From IMG/VR virus record IMGVR_UViG_3300028805_000105: a DNA stretch of 64,000 nt, one strand, 5' to 3'. Source of the DNA: an uncultured virus (IMG/VR IMGVR_UViG_3300028805_000105) (lineage: Duplodnaviria; Heunggongvirae; Uroviricota; Caudoviricetes). The position numbers and the translations under genes were made by a program. The notes under the pieces are model-generated. The model worked only from the letters and a program-made list of their open reading frames with translations. It ran no database searches and had not been told where the DNA came from. Shown piece by piece: positions 7,507 to 17,859 of this stretch. Position 1 is the stretch's first letter; every line of letters starts with the position of its first letter.

Positions 7507-10467
7507 ATGGCGAGGCAGAACATACAATTCAAGGGCCTGCGGCACAGCCCGAGCGACATCACGGGGCAGGACGGCGACTTGCTGGAGTGCGTGAACCTCA
7601 TTCACGAGAATGGGGAACTGAAGCCTATTGAGATGCCGGAGAAGACCTATTTGAAAGGTGTGTATAGCAACGAGACACTTGTTGCCGTTCATAACCTAAC
7701 CGATGGGAAGAAGTTCGTGTTTGCCGTATGGAATACCGTGACGACCACCATTCATGTAAAGGATGCAAACAACACGGTAGTTTTCACGCGAGGCATACCG
7801 ATGGAAGAAATACAATGGGCTGAAACCATTGGTAACACCCTGATTATAGGCACCGACAAAAGCACTCACTATGCCTTCTATAAGAATGGCGCATACAAAT
7901 GGCTTGGGGATAAGTTGCCGCAGCCTGTGTTTGAGTTTGATTTCAATAGAACGAACAATGAACAACTTGGATATTGGCTTAAAGAATATGACCCCAAGAC
8001 AACAACATTAACCCCAAGCGGCGATAATGCAGCAGGTGGTGGTGTAGCAATGCAAGCTACATGGACGAGTGATAGTAATCTTAGTAATAGCGAGTCTATT
8101 CCATTGGCAAACACTTCCGTTGAAAGTAAGAAACTTTTCCGTGACGGGGTTCGTTCTCATATTGCAACGGTTCTTTCAAACGCACGAAAAAACAATGTGT
8201 TTGTATTCCCATTTATGGTTCGATATGCTATCAGAATGTTTGACGGGAACTATGCAATGCATTCAGCACCATTGTTGATGGTTCCTTCAACATTGAAATG
8301 CCCGTTGCTTGCGGTTATGGGTTACTCCGCAGACCATTGGTTAGATGATAGTGATAATGTGCATAAGTATTCCGTAATGACAGAAGAAGTTCGTTTTAGA
8401 GCTTTGGAATTGTTATTGAAATGCAATGGTTTTATAGATGGAGACCCGAGTGAATGGGAGGATATTATAAAAGGTGTTGATATTTTTATGTCAAGTCCAA
8501 TATACAGCTATAACGAAAGCTATTGGGACGACATCAATCATGTACCCGATTCTTTTTACACTTTCAAGAAAACAATAAGTAATGGAGCGGGTTTTGTTGA
8601 GGATACTACGGTTAAGGACTATGGCAATTGTTATAGCAAAAACTCGAAGTTTTCTTGGTGGAGAATTTTCACCGAAAACTCAGTAGATGCTTTTGACTAT
8701 GATGCCACTATACAACCGGATGAAACCGATTACCCTGTACTGAAATATAGGAGGATACCTTTACCCGAGTATTCACAACAAGAGATGATTAATCAAATCA
8801 AGAATACATCGCTCTTTTTTAGGGTAAAGCACTATGATTTACACGAGGTGTCTGAAGCATGGACGGCAGAGAGACGATTCGGTCAAGAAGTCGAATACGG
8901 CTTGCTTGACCGTCTCGAAACCCTTCCGACGTTGCCCGACGACTATGTGAGCCGTAGCCGCATGACAGGCAGCGTGAACTACAACTACAACCAACGGCTG
9001 ATATTGGGAAATATCAAGTTGCAGGCACCGCTTTGGTATCAGGACGCGAAGCGTTTCAAAGCACCCGATGTTTTCTATTTTGACCTTTATTTCATAGTGG
9101 AAAAGTCCGAAAAGACTATTGTTGTCAGATGGAACAGCAACGATGGAAGCCATTACAATGACATCGGTTTGTTTGATTTCGGGCATTATATCTACTATCC
9201 AGACCCCGATTGCAAACGTGTTGTCATAGAAGTTGGCAACAACAAGAAGGTGTTACCCATGCATGAGCATACTGGTCTGAATGGTGCATACGCTTTGATG
9301 CCCGACTTGAAGAGTCTAAACGAGGCATTGTCGGGATTGGAAGATTGGATGGGCGACTTACCCGAACCTTCCCAAGACCGTTACTGCCAAATGCCGAACA
9401 CGATAGCGATGAGCAGCGTGGCCAACCCGTTCCATTTCCCTGCCACCAACTTCAAGGACATTGGTAGGACAAAGGTTGTCGGCATTGCTGCCAACACGCT
9501 TGATGTGTCGAGTGGGCAATGGGGCCAGTACCCGCTGTATGTTTTCTGTTCGGACGGCATCATTGCTGTGATGATTGACGGAGAGGGTAAGTTTGGCGGC
9601 ATACAGGCCGTGAGTGCAGATGTGCTTCGTGAGCCTCGGGGACTTTCGCAGCCTACCTTGGTGCAGACGGGACAGGCTTTGATGTTCCTTACTCAGCGTG
9701 GTGTGATGGCCATTGCTGGTACGCAAATCAATTGTTTGAGCGAGGCAATGAATGGCAGGCATTTCAACCCGATGCGTGAGTTGGCAGATGTGGACTACCA
9801 TGTTGGGGCCTTCGCCAACCTGATAGGCCGGACGAGCGACGACACCGACTTCCGCGACTTTGCGGCCAGCGGCTTCCTTGCCTACGATTACGCGCATCAC
9901 CGCGTGTTGCTGTTGAACCCCAACTTTGACTATCAGTATGTTTACAGCATGAACACGGGCATGTGGAGCAAGCAGATCATATACACCAACCTTGACAGCT
10001 TCCAAGTGGAGGTCGTGCCGGGCAACGAGCTTCCGGCGCAGCGCAGCAGCGGTGTACCCTTGCTGAAAGTGAAGCCCATTCGTGACGCCGTGAACAACTA
10101 CACGGAAATGTACCTTCAAGACGATGATGGATGGCTATACAAGACGATGGAGGTGCAGGGAGAGAACAGTGTGAAGCAGTTGTACCAGTACGGCTACTTG
10201 GTTTCGCGGCCTATCCGCTTCGGTACGGACGAGTACAAGACCTTGACGCGGGTGCTGCACCGATACACCAACTATGCGAGCATGAGCTTCGTGAAGATGG
10301 CGTTGTATGGCAGCAGGGATGGGGTGAAGTACGGGCGCATCAATACCCTTAGAGGGATGAGTTACCAGTATTTCATCTTCGTGGTATATACCTACCTGAA
10401 GCCTAACGAGAGGTATTCTTACCTGACTGTTGACTTTGAGACGAGACTGACGAATAAGTTGCGATGA
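7507..10467 (+). CDS. Tail stabilisation/nozzle protein (P22 gp10-like)
   Basis: 986 aa after the portal; DGDLLECVNL N-terminus, NPFHFP...GQWGQYPLYVFCSDGI. Confidence 0.7.
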   Translation: MARQNIQFKGLRHSPSDITGQDGDLLECVNLIHENGELKPIEMPEKTYLKGVYSNETLVAVHNLTDGKKFVFAVWNTVTTTIHVKDANNTVVFTRGIPMEEIQWAETIGNTLIIGTDKSTHYAFYKNGAYKWLGDKLPQPVFEFDFNRTNNEQLGYWLKEYDPKTTTLTPSGDNAAGGGVAMQATWTSDSNLSNSESIPLANTSVESKKLFRDGVRSHIATVLSNARKNNVFVFPFMVRYAIRMFDGNYAMHSAPLLMVPSTLKCPLLAVMGYSADHWLDDSDNVHKYSVMTEEVRFRALELLLKCNGFIDGDPSEWEDIIKGVDIFMSSPIYSYNESYWDDINHVPDSFYTFKKTISNGAGFVEDTTVKDYGNCYSKNSKFSWWRIFTENSVDAFDYDATIQPDETDYPVLKYRRIPLPEYSQQEMINQIKNTSLFFRVKHYDLHEVSEAWTAERRFGQEVEYGLLDRLETLPTLPDDYVSRSRMTGSVNYNYNQRLILGNIKLQAPLWYQDAKRFKAPDVFYFDLYFIVEKSEKTIVVRWNSNDGSHYNDIGLFDFGHYIYYPDPDCKRVVIEVGNNKKVLPMHEHTGLNGAYALMPDLKSLNEALSGLEDWMGDLPEPSQDRYCQMPNTIAMSSVANPFHFPATNFKDIGRTKVVGIAANTLDVSSGQWGQYPLYVFCSDGIIAVMIDGEGKFGGIQAVSADVLREPRGLSQPTLVQTGQALMFLTQRGVMAIAGTQINCLSEAMNGRHFNPMRELADVDYHVGAFANLIGRTSDDTDFRDFAASGFLAYDYAHHRVLLLNPNFDYQYVYSMNTGMWSKQIIYTNLDSFQVEVVPGNELPAQRSSGVPLLKVKPIRDAVNNYTEMYLQDDDGWLYKTMEVQGENSVKQLYQYGYLVSRPIRFGTDEYKTLTRVLHRYTNYASMSFVKMALYGSRDGVKYGRINTLRGMSYQYFIFVVYTYLKPNERYSYLTVDFETRLTNKLR

Positions 10468-10534
10468 CATCGCAACAGACAGGACAAAGAAGATGATTCT
10501 TTTTCATGGGTGAGTTGATTGTTTTTCCCCACCG

Positions 10535-11236
10535 TCATTGCTGGCGGTGGGTTTTTTGTTGCCCTTTCTGCATTGCTTTCAGTTCGCGACGGATGATGCG
10601 CTCTTCGCGGCGTTGCTTGCGGGTCTTGCGCTGGCGAATCTTGGCGTGTTCAAGCGTCCACTTGATGTAGGCGCGGCGACGGGCTTCGATAACATTCTCC
10701 ATCTTGTGTATGGCCCTTTCGTTTTCGACTGGGTTGCGTTGCAGTTTCTCCAAGTCGGTTTGCAGCATGGATGAATAGAAGCAGCCGCTATGCACATCGG
10801 GCATGGAGGAATCCGTGAATATCACCTCGGCGTTTTTCAGTCTTTCCTTTGCCTCTGCATAGTGTTTCTTCTGTGCCTCGATTTGCTCCTGCAAGACGCG
10901 GATTGCCTCGGCATTCTTCTCGGGGTTGTGCTTGAGTTCGCGAATACGCTTCTCGAAGTCGGAGATTTGGAACTGTGCGTCGGTCAGCTTGCGCGTGTTG
11001 TCGTACCTGTCCTTTACCATCATGCGTGTGCCGCTGTCGTTGATTGCGCGCTTGATGGTGCGGAACTGTGCGCGGTTGGTGATGGTGATTTTCTTGCCCA
11101 GCCAAGGGTCGATGATGATGTAGTGGTGCTGGCGGGTCTGCTTGTGCAGCTCGACGCACTGGCGGGACATCTTTGTGTAGTAGGATTCTGCCGTCTTGAT
11201 GATGATGTAGCGGCGTAGTTTTTGGAACCAGTTCAT
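10535..11236 (-). CDS. Hypothetical basic coiled-coil protein
   Basis: 233 aa directly downstream of terL. Confidence 0.65.
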   Translation of the reverse strand: MNWFQKLRRYIIIKTAESYYTKMSRQCVELHKQTRQHHYIIIDPWLGKKITITNRAQFRTIKRAINDSGTRMMVKDRYDNTRKLTDAQFQISDFEKRIRELKHNPEKNAEAIRVLQEQIEAQKKHYAEAKERLKNAEVIFTDSSMPDVHSGCFYSSMLQTDLEKLQRNPVENERAIHKMENVIEARRRAYIKWTLEHAKIRQRKTRKQRREERIIRRELKAMQKGQQKTHRQQ

Positions 11237-11248
11237 AGTCTTATGGTA

Positions 11249-13537
11249 TTACATTGATGCTTCTGCGTGTTGGTTGTGGTAGTCGTGGTGCGGACGGTTC
11301 AGCTTGGTCAGCTTGCCGCGGTCGCGGACTTTGGGTATGCGCAGGCCGTATTTCGGGCTGCGTGAGATGAGCAGGCCGATGCCTGCCGTCATAAGGCGGT
11401 CGTCCTTGCAGCCCGGCATGGCGGCATACACGCCGTCGATGCGCTCGTAGGTCTTGAACTCGTTGATGGTGCCAGCGTCGCGCTCGATGTAGTTCTTGTT
11501 GCGGATGGCATCGTCGAGGTAGTCCACGATTTGCGGTTTGGTCTCGCGGTTGGTATGGAAGCCGAACTTCCAAGAGCCGCCCTGTTGGTTGACGTCCTCG
11601 GACTTCTTGGAACGGCGTTTGAAGAGGCGGCGGTAGGATCGGTTGATGGTGGTAAGGATGTATTCCAGCTGGTCGCCTTCCTCAACGTCGCGGTTTTTGT
11701 CCTTGGTTTCGAGGGTGTTGGACTCAAAGACGAGCAGGGCGTTGTTGTACCACATGGCCACCTGCACGGCTTTCCATGCCAAATGGTCGTGCGGCACATG
11801 GCCGTGCCACATCAGCACGGTCTTTTCCATGCCGCCCGTGGCAAGCTCGGAGCGGTCGAGGACGCGGATTACGCTCCAGTCGGCCTTCTTCCACCTGCCG
11901 CCAATATCGACGATGACAAGGTATTGGTCGGTCATCAACACGGGGTTCGGCTCTTCCCACACCTTCATCGTCCCCGATGCCTTCTCCTCGAACTTGAAGC
12001 CTTGCAGCACCTCCTTGCCAAGGCGGTAGTCGGAGTAGATGTCGCCGACCTTCACCGGGTCTTTCACGTCGCGTTGCTCCATTTCCTCGATGTCGTACAT
12101 GTCGAAGGCAAGGCTGTCGGTGTTGCTGAAAGCCTCGATGTCGTCGATGGGGGCCTCGGATGCCATGTCGCTGTGGCGGCTCAGTTCGAGGTGCTTCAGG
12201 AGATACCACATGATGTTCTCAAGCGACGAGCCGAGCGTCCACATCTTCCAAATGTATTCGCCGGACACGCGGCAACGCTTTCCTTTGTGGCCGAAGATTT
12301 CCTCGGGGTTGTCGCGGCGGTCTTTGTTGAGGATAATCCAGCGGGCGAAGCCTTTCTTGTTGGCCACCTCCACGATGTCGTATGGGTTGTAGGCAGGGGA
12401 GATGAACACGGCTTCATACGCGCTGTCGCCATTCTTGGCGCGGTGGTATTCCTCGGCGAAGAAGTTGCCGCTACCACGGGGCGTTGATTCGCTGGCAATC
12501 ATGGTCAGCGGGAACGGACCAACGCCGCCAGCCACCGACTTGAACACATCTTCGGGGGTCTTGCCCTCGGTGGTTTTCCACAAACCCAACTCGGAGAAAT
12601 GCGCCACGGCTATATCGGCACTCGGCAACGAATCGGAATGCTCGTAAGTACCGATGGTGACGACGGCATCCCTCGCGTTCTTTGGGCTGGATGCGGAGCC
12701 GTAGGTAATGCGGAAGTCGTTTGCGCTTCGTCCATATTGCGAGAAACGCAACTTTTCCCCATCGGGCAGCTTCAAAAGCCAAGGCGAGTACTGGCCAATG
12801 GCTTTCTCGTACATCATGTGGATTTTCTTTGCCGTTGATGCCACCTGACCGACAATGACCGAATACCAAGAGTTTTTCAGCATCAGCTGAATCCATGCCG
12901 CGTAAGCCTGTATGAGTGTGGAACCACCCCATTGGCGGCATTTGGCAAGGATGATGCGGATAGGCATACCCTTCAACCGCTGCCGTTCAAGCACGGCAAG
13001 CAACATGAGCTGGGCGCAGTTGAGCTTGAAGGGGATAAGTGAACCGTCCTCGTCGGACTTGCTGATATTGATTTCATCATCATCGTCGTCCTCTTCCATC
13101 TCCTGCGCCTTGGTCTGAATGTATAGGTTCTCGGTCTGACCGCGTTTGTCCTTGATGCGCCATTCGTTGTAGAACCAACACAAAGGGTCGGTGCGGTAGC
13201 GTACTTCAATCAGCGAGCGTTGCGTAAACTGAATCATGTCATCGTCGGGTTCCTCTTCGAGTTCCTGGCGAATGTACTCGGCTATGCTGCCGTATTTCAT
13301 CACGGCCTTGTAAAGAAGGTTTTTCCGTGTCTCGTATGGGAGCCATTCAACAGGAATGATGTGGTCGGGGATTTCGACGCGCTTGCGGCAATAGATGTTC
13401 TCGTTGGTGGAGGGATGGCGAATGTCGGCACCTTCGCCCGTGATTGGATTGTAGTCCGCTTCGAGGTGCTTCAGACGCTTTTGGTTTTCAAAGAGCATCT
13501 GCTGTACTTCCTTTTCCAGTCTCTCTTCATCAGTCAT
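11249..13537 (-). CDS. terL: Terminase large subunit
   Basis: ILAKCRQWGGST Walker A variant, HFSE Walker B, ESTP coupling motif, VDIGG and DDRLM nuclease motifs. Confidence 0.92.
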   Translation of the reverse strand: MTDEERLEKEVQQMLFENQKRLKHLEADYNPITGEGADIRHPSTNENIYCRKRVEIPDHIIPVEWLPYETRKNLLYKAVMKYGSIAEYIRQELEEEPDDDMIQFTQRSLIEVRYRTDPLCWFYNEWRIKDKRGQTENLYIQTKAQEMEEDDDDDEINISKSDEDGSLIPFKLNCAQLMLLAVLERQRLKGMPIRIILAKCRQWGGSTLIQAYAAWIQLMLKNSWYSVIVGQVASTAKKIHMMYEKAIGQYSPWLLKLPDGEKLRFSQYGRSANDFRITYGSASSPKNARDAVVTIGTYEHSDSLPSADIAVAHFSELGLWKTTEGKTPEDVFKSVAGGVGPFPLTMIASESTPRGSGNFFAEEYHRAKNGDSAYEAVFISPAYNPYDIVEVANKKGFARWIILNKDRRDNPEEIFGHKGKRCRVSGEYIWKMWTLGSSLENIMWYLLKHLELSRHSDMASEAPIDDIEAFSNTDSLAFDMYDIEEMEQRDVKDPVKVGDIYSDYRLGKEVLQGFKFEEKASGTMKVWEEPNPVLMTDQYLVIVDIGGRWKKADWSVIRVLDRSELATGGMEKTVLMWHGHVPHDHLAWKAVQVAMWYNNALLVFESNTLETKDKNRDVEEGDQLEYILTTINRSYRRLFKRRSKKSEDVNQQGGSWKFGFHTNRETKPQIVDYLDDAIRNKNYIERDAGTINEFKTYERIDGVYAAMPGCKDDRLMTAGIGLLISRSPKYGLRIPKVRDRGKLTKLNRPHHDYHNQHAEASM

Positions 13538-14033
13538 ACATCTTCACCTTTCCGCTTATCGCCCTGTGCAAATCCATGAAGCCGCCGATTAGCACACCGA
13601 TAAACAGGCAGATGAAGTGAAGCCCCACGGCCATGCGCGTTACGAAGAGGCTCGACACGGCCATGTATATGATGGTGTGCAGGAGTGGTTTCCATTGTGC
13701 GCCGTCTTTCAGGAAGATGATGCCGTAGTAGGCGAACAACATTCCCGACAATCCGACTGTGGGTTTTGGTGTGCTGATAATGAAAGAGCAAGCCGTAGCG
13801 ACAAGGAACGACACGGGCCACAACCACCACTTATCGTTACGGTTGAACAACAAAAGGAACGCCACCAGCATGTTGGCGGCGAGGTGGAAGATGTTGCCAT
13901 GGGCGAAGTGGAAAGTGAGGTGCGTCCACCACGGGGAGCCGGACATGTAGCCCCAATCGGCATTGAAGCCGAAATAAGCACAGGCCAGCACTAACACATA
14001 TAATATGACTTGGTTAGGCTTCATCATATCCAA
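13530..14033 (-). CDS. Rhomboid-family intramembrane serine protease
   Basis: WW..LT.HFAH-GNIFHLAANM, catalytic GLSG, C-terminal TM His (GLHFI); overlaps the terL start. Confidence 0.82.
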   Translation of the reverse strand: MDMMKPNQVILYVLVLACAYFGFNADWGYMSGSPWWTHLTFHFAHGNIFHLAANMLVAFLLLFNRNDKWWLWPVSFLVATACSFIISTPKPTVGLSGMLFAYYGIIFLKDGAQWKPLLHTIIYMAVSSLFVTRMAVGLHFICLFIGVLIGGFMDLHRAISGKVKMYD

Positions 14034-14647
14034 TAGATTTTGGGTGGTTCATTGTTTCCGTCATCTGCGAAGATGAACCATGCGTAGGACACGGCACTGC
14101 CTCCGCCTGCCTTCATTCCGTCGAAGTCGCCGTTCTTGGCGCAAAGCAAGCGTTTCTTGAACTGGTACACGGCTTTGAGATAACCCTTGCTGTAAAGCCT
14201 TTCCCAACGGCCTTTACCCTCCAATGCAGTTGTTTTCAATAGCATGATGGCGGGTTGGCCGTGCGGGAGCAATTCGATGGCGTGTTCCACGAACTTGGTG
14301 GCCGACTTGTATTGCGGGTTTGTGAGAATACAGACGTTATCCTTTCCTTGGAAGCCATAAGGCAGGTTGTTGAAGTGGAAGAAGTCAAACCACACTTCGC
14401 CATAGCCGCGATTGATGATGTCGTTTGACGCTACGAGATGCCCGCGTTCCATGAGCCTTTTGGAAAGGTGTCCTTCGCCACAAGCAGGCTCCCATACATA
14501 GTGCGGTATTTCGTACACCGCTGCCAACTTGTCGATGGCTACGGGGTCGGTGGCGTAGTAGTCTTGCGACTCGCGTTCCTTGTCGGAATGGTTGGATGCG
14601 CCGATGGTCTTGAATACGCTGTTCTTGTTTCCGTTCCAGTCTTTCAT
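14024..14647 (-). CDS. DNA amino-methyltransferase (probable N6-adenine)
   Basis: DYYATDP, WEPACGEG (motif I), TNPQY (variant of NPPY); start likely MKDWNG at 14647. Confidence 0.78.
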   Translation of the reverse strand: MKDWNGNKNSVFKTIGASNHSDKERESQDYYATDPVAIDKLAAVYEIPHYVWEPACGEGHLSKRLMERGHLVASNDIINRGYGEVWFDFFHFNNLPYGFQGKDNVCILTNPQYKSATKFVEHAIELLPHGQPAIMLLKTTALEGKGRWERLYSKGYLKAVYQFKKRLLCAKNGDFDGMKAGGGSAVSYAWFIFADDGNNEPPKIYWI

Positions 14648-15081
14648 ACAGTCTCGTCCTTTCTGCGATGGTGGTGATGACGTGGACGCTTGGCGCGGCC
14701 TCGATACAGAATCTTCAAAGCCCAAGAAGGCTTCATGTAGAACTTGGGCGCGGGCTGGTAGATGATTTCGGAGCAGATTTCAATCTTGGAAAGGCCGGGA
14801 TGCTCCACTTTGTAGTCGAGATAGCGGCGGTAAAGCTCGGTGAACATCTCGTAGCGCGGGCTTTTCGGGTTGACGCGCAAGTCCTTGCCGCCCTCGAAGG
14901 CGTTGATTACCTCTACCAGTCTTTCCTCGGAAACCCAAAAACGCTTGCTGGGCATGTTGACCGCCACGGCCATAGCGTCGTACTGGGTACTGTAATTCCC
15001 TTGGGACAACGCCTTTTTGTAAGCATTATTCAGGTCGTCGTAGCGTTCCCTGAACCCATACACCGATTCGCGGTGCCTCAT
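14644..15081 (-). CDS. Conserved Bacteroidota phage protein, possible DNA-binding regulator
   Basis: PSKRFWVSEER and QPAPKFY motifs; first gene after the minus-strand TATCTTTGC promoter. Confidence 0.6.
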   Translation of the reverse strand: MRHRESVYGFRERYDDLNNAYKKALSQGNYSTQYDAMAVAVNMPSKRFWVSEERLVEVINAFEGGKDLRVNPKSPRYEMFTELYRRYLDYKVEHPGLSKIEICSEIIYQPAPKFYMKPSWALKILYRGRAKRPRHHHHRRKDETV

Positions 15082-15098
15082 TGATTGGGAATTGCGCT

Positions 15099-15107
15099 GC
15101 AAAGATA
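15099..15107 (-). promoter_or_regulatory. Bacteroidota -7 promoter box for the terL operon
   Basis: TATCTTTGC on the minus strand, matching TAnnTTTG. Confidence 0.6.
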
Positions 15108-15114
15108 TAAATCA

Positions 15115-15163
15115 TTTCTGACTTTTTACGGATTTTGCGTAAAAAAAGTGGCTGATTTTTGCA
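15115..15163 (+). promoter_or_regulatory. Putative late promoter 1 (TTTCTGACTTTTTACG-N26-TTTTGCA)
   Basis: Exact 16-mer and spacing also at 28432 and 50789. Confidence 0.8.
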
Positions 15164-15184
15164 AAAATTCAATTTTTCAGCAAA

Positions 15185-15994
15185 ATGGAAGAGAAAGAAG
15201 AAAAGAAAAACTCCCCCGCCGCAAGCGGCACCCCCTCTCAGAGGGGGACGGAGGAAACTCCCAAGAAAAGCAACCGCGAAGCCTTCATGGAACGCTATAA
15301 GGCTGACTTCCCCGACGACAACTATGAGGACGAGGAAGCCATATACGGACGCATGAACGAGCGCAACGCCGAATACGACCGCCTGCGCACCAACGACGGC
15401 AACTTCCGCAAGCTGGTGAACGAACATCCCGAATATGGCGGCATGGTGGCCGACATGATGGAAGGCAAGAATTTCATCGAGAGCTTCCTTGCCCGATTCT
15501 CCGACGAGGACATCACCGCCGCCCGTAACGACCCCGAAATGGCGAAGAAGCTGGCCGACGCGCAAGCCGAGTACCTGAAAGGCATCGAGGACAGCAAGAA
15601 ACTCCGTGAGGAGGGAGACGCCAACATTCAGGTCAGCCTTCAGGAGCTGAGTTCCTACTGCAACGACAACGGCATCGACGAGGAAGGCGCGACCACCCTT
15701 TGGGGCAAATGCCTCGACTTCGCTGGTAATGTGCTGAAGGGCATCTTCACCAAGGAGCTGTTCGACCTCGTGAACAAAGGCATGAACCACGACGACGACG
15801 TGGCTGCTGCCCGCGAGGAGGGCGAGATTGCCGGACACAACGCCAAGGTGCAGACGCAGATGGCCAAGGGCCAAGGCCCCGAGGGCATCCCGCCGACCTT
15901 TGACGGAGGCCAAGGCGCAGCCGCTCCCGAGGCAAAACCTGTGCAGAAGAAGAGATTCTACAATCCTTTCTCGCATGAGATGGAGGAAGCATGA
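15185..15994 (+). CDS. Capsid scaffolding protein
   Basis: 269 aa, acidic and helical, immediately before the MCP. Confidence 0.65.
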   Translation: MEEKEEKKNSPAASGTPSQRGTEETPKKSNREAFMERYKADFPDDNYEDEEAIYGRMNERNAEYDRLRTNDGNFRKLVNEHPEYGGMVADMMEGKNFIESFLARFSDEDITAARNDPEMAKKLADAQAEYLKGIEDSKKLREEGDANIQVSLQELSSYCNDNGIDEEGATTLWGKCLDFAGNVLKGIFTKELFDLVNKGMNHDDDVAAAREEGEIAGHNAKVQTQMAKGQGPEGIPPTFDGGQGAAAPEAKPVQKKRFYNPFSHEMEEA

Positions 15995-16031
15995 CAACAA
16001 ATCTAAGTAATAACCAATAAAATCACAAGCA

Positions 16032-17771
16032 ATGAAGAAATTCAAGATTCTTTCGCTGTTCAGCTTTTTGCTGACATTCGTGGCGTTGCTTATGGGTGCC
16101 GACCTGTCGATGGCCGCTGCCACTCCCACGCCGCAGACCGACGCTCCGCAGTCGCAGACCGCCAGTCCTGACACCAAAGGCCTTGACACAGACCTTTCGG
16201 GGACACCCGCAACGGAGGCTGGCATAACAGGCGACCAGGACTTCAACGATGACGAGATTGATAATCTTATCGTCAAGTTCCGACCGTTCAACTACACGCT
16301 GACCACGGACATTGAGACCATTGCCCGACAGAAGAAGGTGACGGACTACAAACAGGAACACGCCGCTATGGCCACCCCGATTATGGACTGCACCTTGCAG
16401 AAGGCTACCAGCCTGACCTCCACGGGTGTCGTTGAACTGACCATCGGCACGGGTTCGGGTTACAACATCTCGGGCGACGCCCAGCGTATGTTCGGCCGTT
16501 CGCAGACCGTCCATGTGAAAGGCGTTGACGGCTACACGCAAGACCAGCAGAACACCGTCAAGGGTGAGCTGGTGCTGAAGGTTGTGTCGCGTACCAGCGC
16601 GAAGATTACCCTTATCCCCGTCAACGGCTACTACACCAACGGCCAGTACGAGGTTCCCGCCATGCCGGTAGGCACCAAGTTGCAGATGATGGCCACCGCT
16701 GGCCACACCGCACAGTTGGCCGTGTCGCCGAAGAACACCAAGCCCGTCCTTGTGGACTGCTACCTGCAAAAGAAGATTATGAACACCACCATCGAGGAAG
16801 AGTGGAAGGAGAAGAAGAAGAAACTCCCGTTCTTCACCGAGGACATCAAGGACAACGGCATGATGGTGTTCCGCCAGGAAAACGAGCGCACCAAGCTCTG
16901 CGGTGTCCCGAACGTGCTGCAAGAGAACGACGAGGAACTTGGCATCGTGAACTGCTACTACGAGGAAGGCGTGTTGACGCAGCTGCTGATGAAGTACTGC
17001 ACCAACGGCAACCTTACCTTCCGCGACCTTATCTCCATGCAGAGAATGCAGTTCGGCAAGTGGAGCATGAGCAACGTGGCCGAGGTGTACTGCTCCTACG
17101 GCTTCATCGAACAGCTCCTGAACCTCGACTTCACCAAGGTGGCACAGACCAATATCCTGACAGAACAGACTACCTTCGGCATCAACATCACGAAGTTCAA
17201 GACCTCGTTCGGCACCTTCAACTTCAAACTGTGTCCCATCCTTGACGAAATGGGTTACGAGGACTGCGCCATGGTCATCGACATGAAGAATGCCACCCAC
17301 TACTGGAAGAAGCCCAACAAAGGCGACAAGACCACGGTGGATTTGAGCAAGCAAGGCAAGGAGCCGCTGGAAGCCACCCGCGACATCCACGTGAAGATTG
17401 ACTGCATCTGCCTGCGTGGATACAACTCCATGCTGATTGGCCCCGCCAACGTCATCTACCATATGGACACCGTGTACGACAACGTGAAGGTGTACGACTT
17501 CTACAACAAGGTGACGGTCAGCAACGCCGACTATTACCTGAGCATGGACAGCACCCACACCGGCAGTGACTACGACGGCTCCACCGCCGCCAAGAGTGCC
17601 TACTTCATCGGCAACACCGATGTAGCCGAAGGCACGGCACCTGCCGCACTGGTTGACGGCTTGCTGATTATGCTGCATGACTCCGCCCTGAACTTCAACG
17701 CGGGCGACATCATCCAATACGACGCCAGCACCACCAGCTGGAAGAAGTATTCTGGCGCACTTGCCGCCTAA
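16032..17771 (+). CDS. Major capsid protein (DUF5309/SU10-like) with signal-peptide-like N-terminus
   Basis: 579 aa, strong codon bias; YLQKK, ENERTKLCG, FGINITKFKTSFG; follows scaffold, followed by terminator. Confidence 0.78.
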   Translation: MKKFKILSLFSFLLTFVALLMGADLSMAAATPTPQTDAPQSQTASPDTKGLDTDLSGTPATEAGITGDQDFNDDEIDNLIVKFRPFNYTLTTDIETIARQKKVTDYKQEHAAMATPIMDCTLQKATSLTSTGVVELTIGTGSGYNISGDAQRMFGRSQTVHVKGVDGYTQDQQNTVKGELVLKVVSRTSAKITLIPVNGYYTNGQYEVPAMPVGTKLQMMATAGHTAQLAVSPKNTKPVLVDCYLQKKIMNTTIEEEWKEKKKKLPFFTEDIKDNGMMVFRQENERTKLCGVPNVLQENDEELGIVNCYYEEGVLTQLLMKYCTNGNLTFRDLISMQRMQFGKWSMSNVAEVYCSYGFIEQLLNLDFTKVAQTNILTEQTTFGINITKFKTSFGTFNFKLCPILDEMGYEDCAMVIDMKNATHYWKKPNKGDKTTVDLSKQGKEPLEATRDIHVKIDCICLRGYNSMLIGPANVIYHMDTVYDNVKVYDFYNKVTVSNADYYLSMDSTHTGSDYDGSTAAKSAYFIGNTDVAEGTAPAALVDGLLIMLHDSALNFNAGDIIQYDASTTSWKKYSGALAA

Positions 17772-17779
17772 ACCCGAAC

Positions 17780-17823
17780 GAGACAGCCTGTCGCTCCACC
17801 GAGAGGCAGGCTGTCCTCTTTTA
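17780..17823 (+). terminator. Intrinsic terminator after MCP
   Basis: GACAGCCTG...CAGGCTGTC stem then ctctttt. Confidence 0.7.
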
Positions 17824-17859
17824 TAAAACAAATCATTCACCACAAAAACATAGAGAAAT

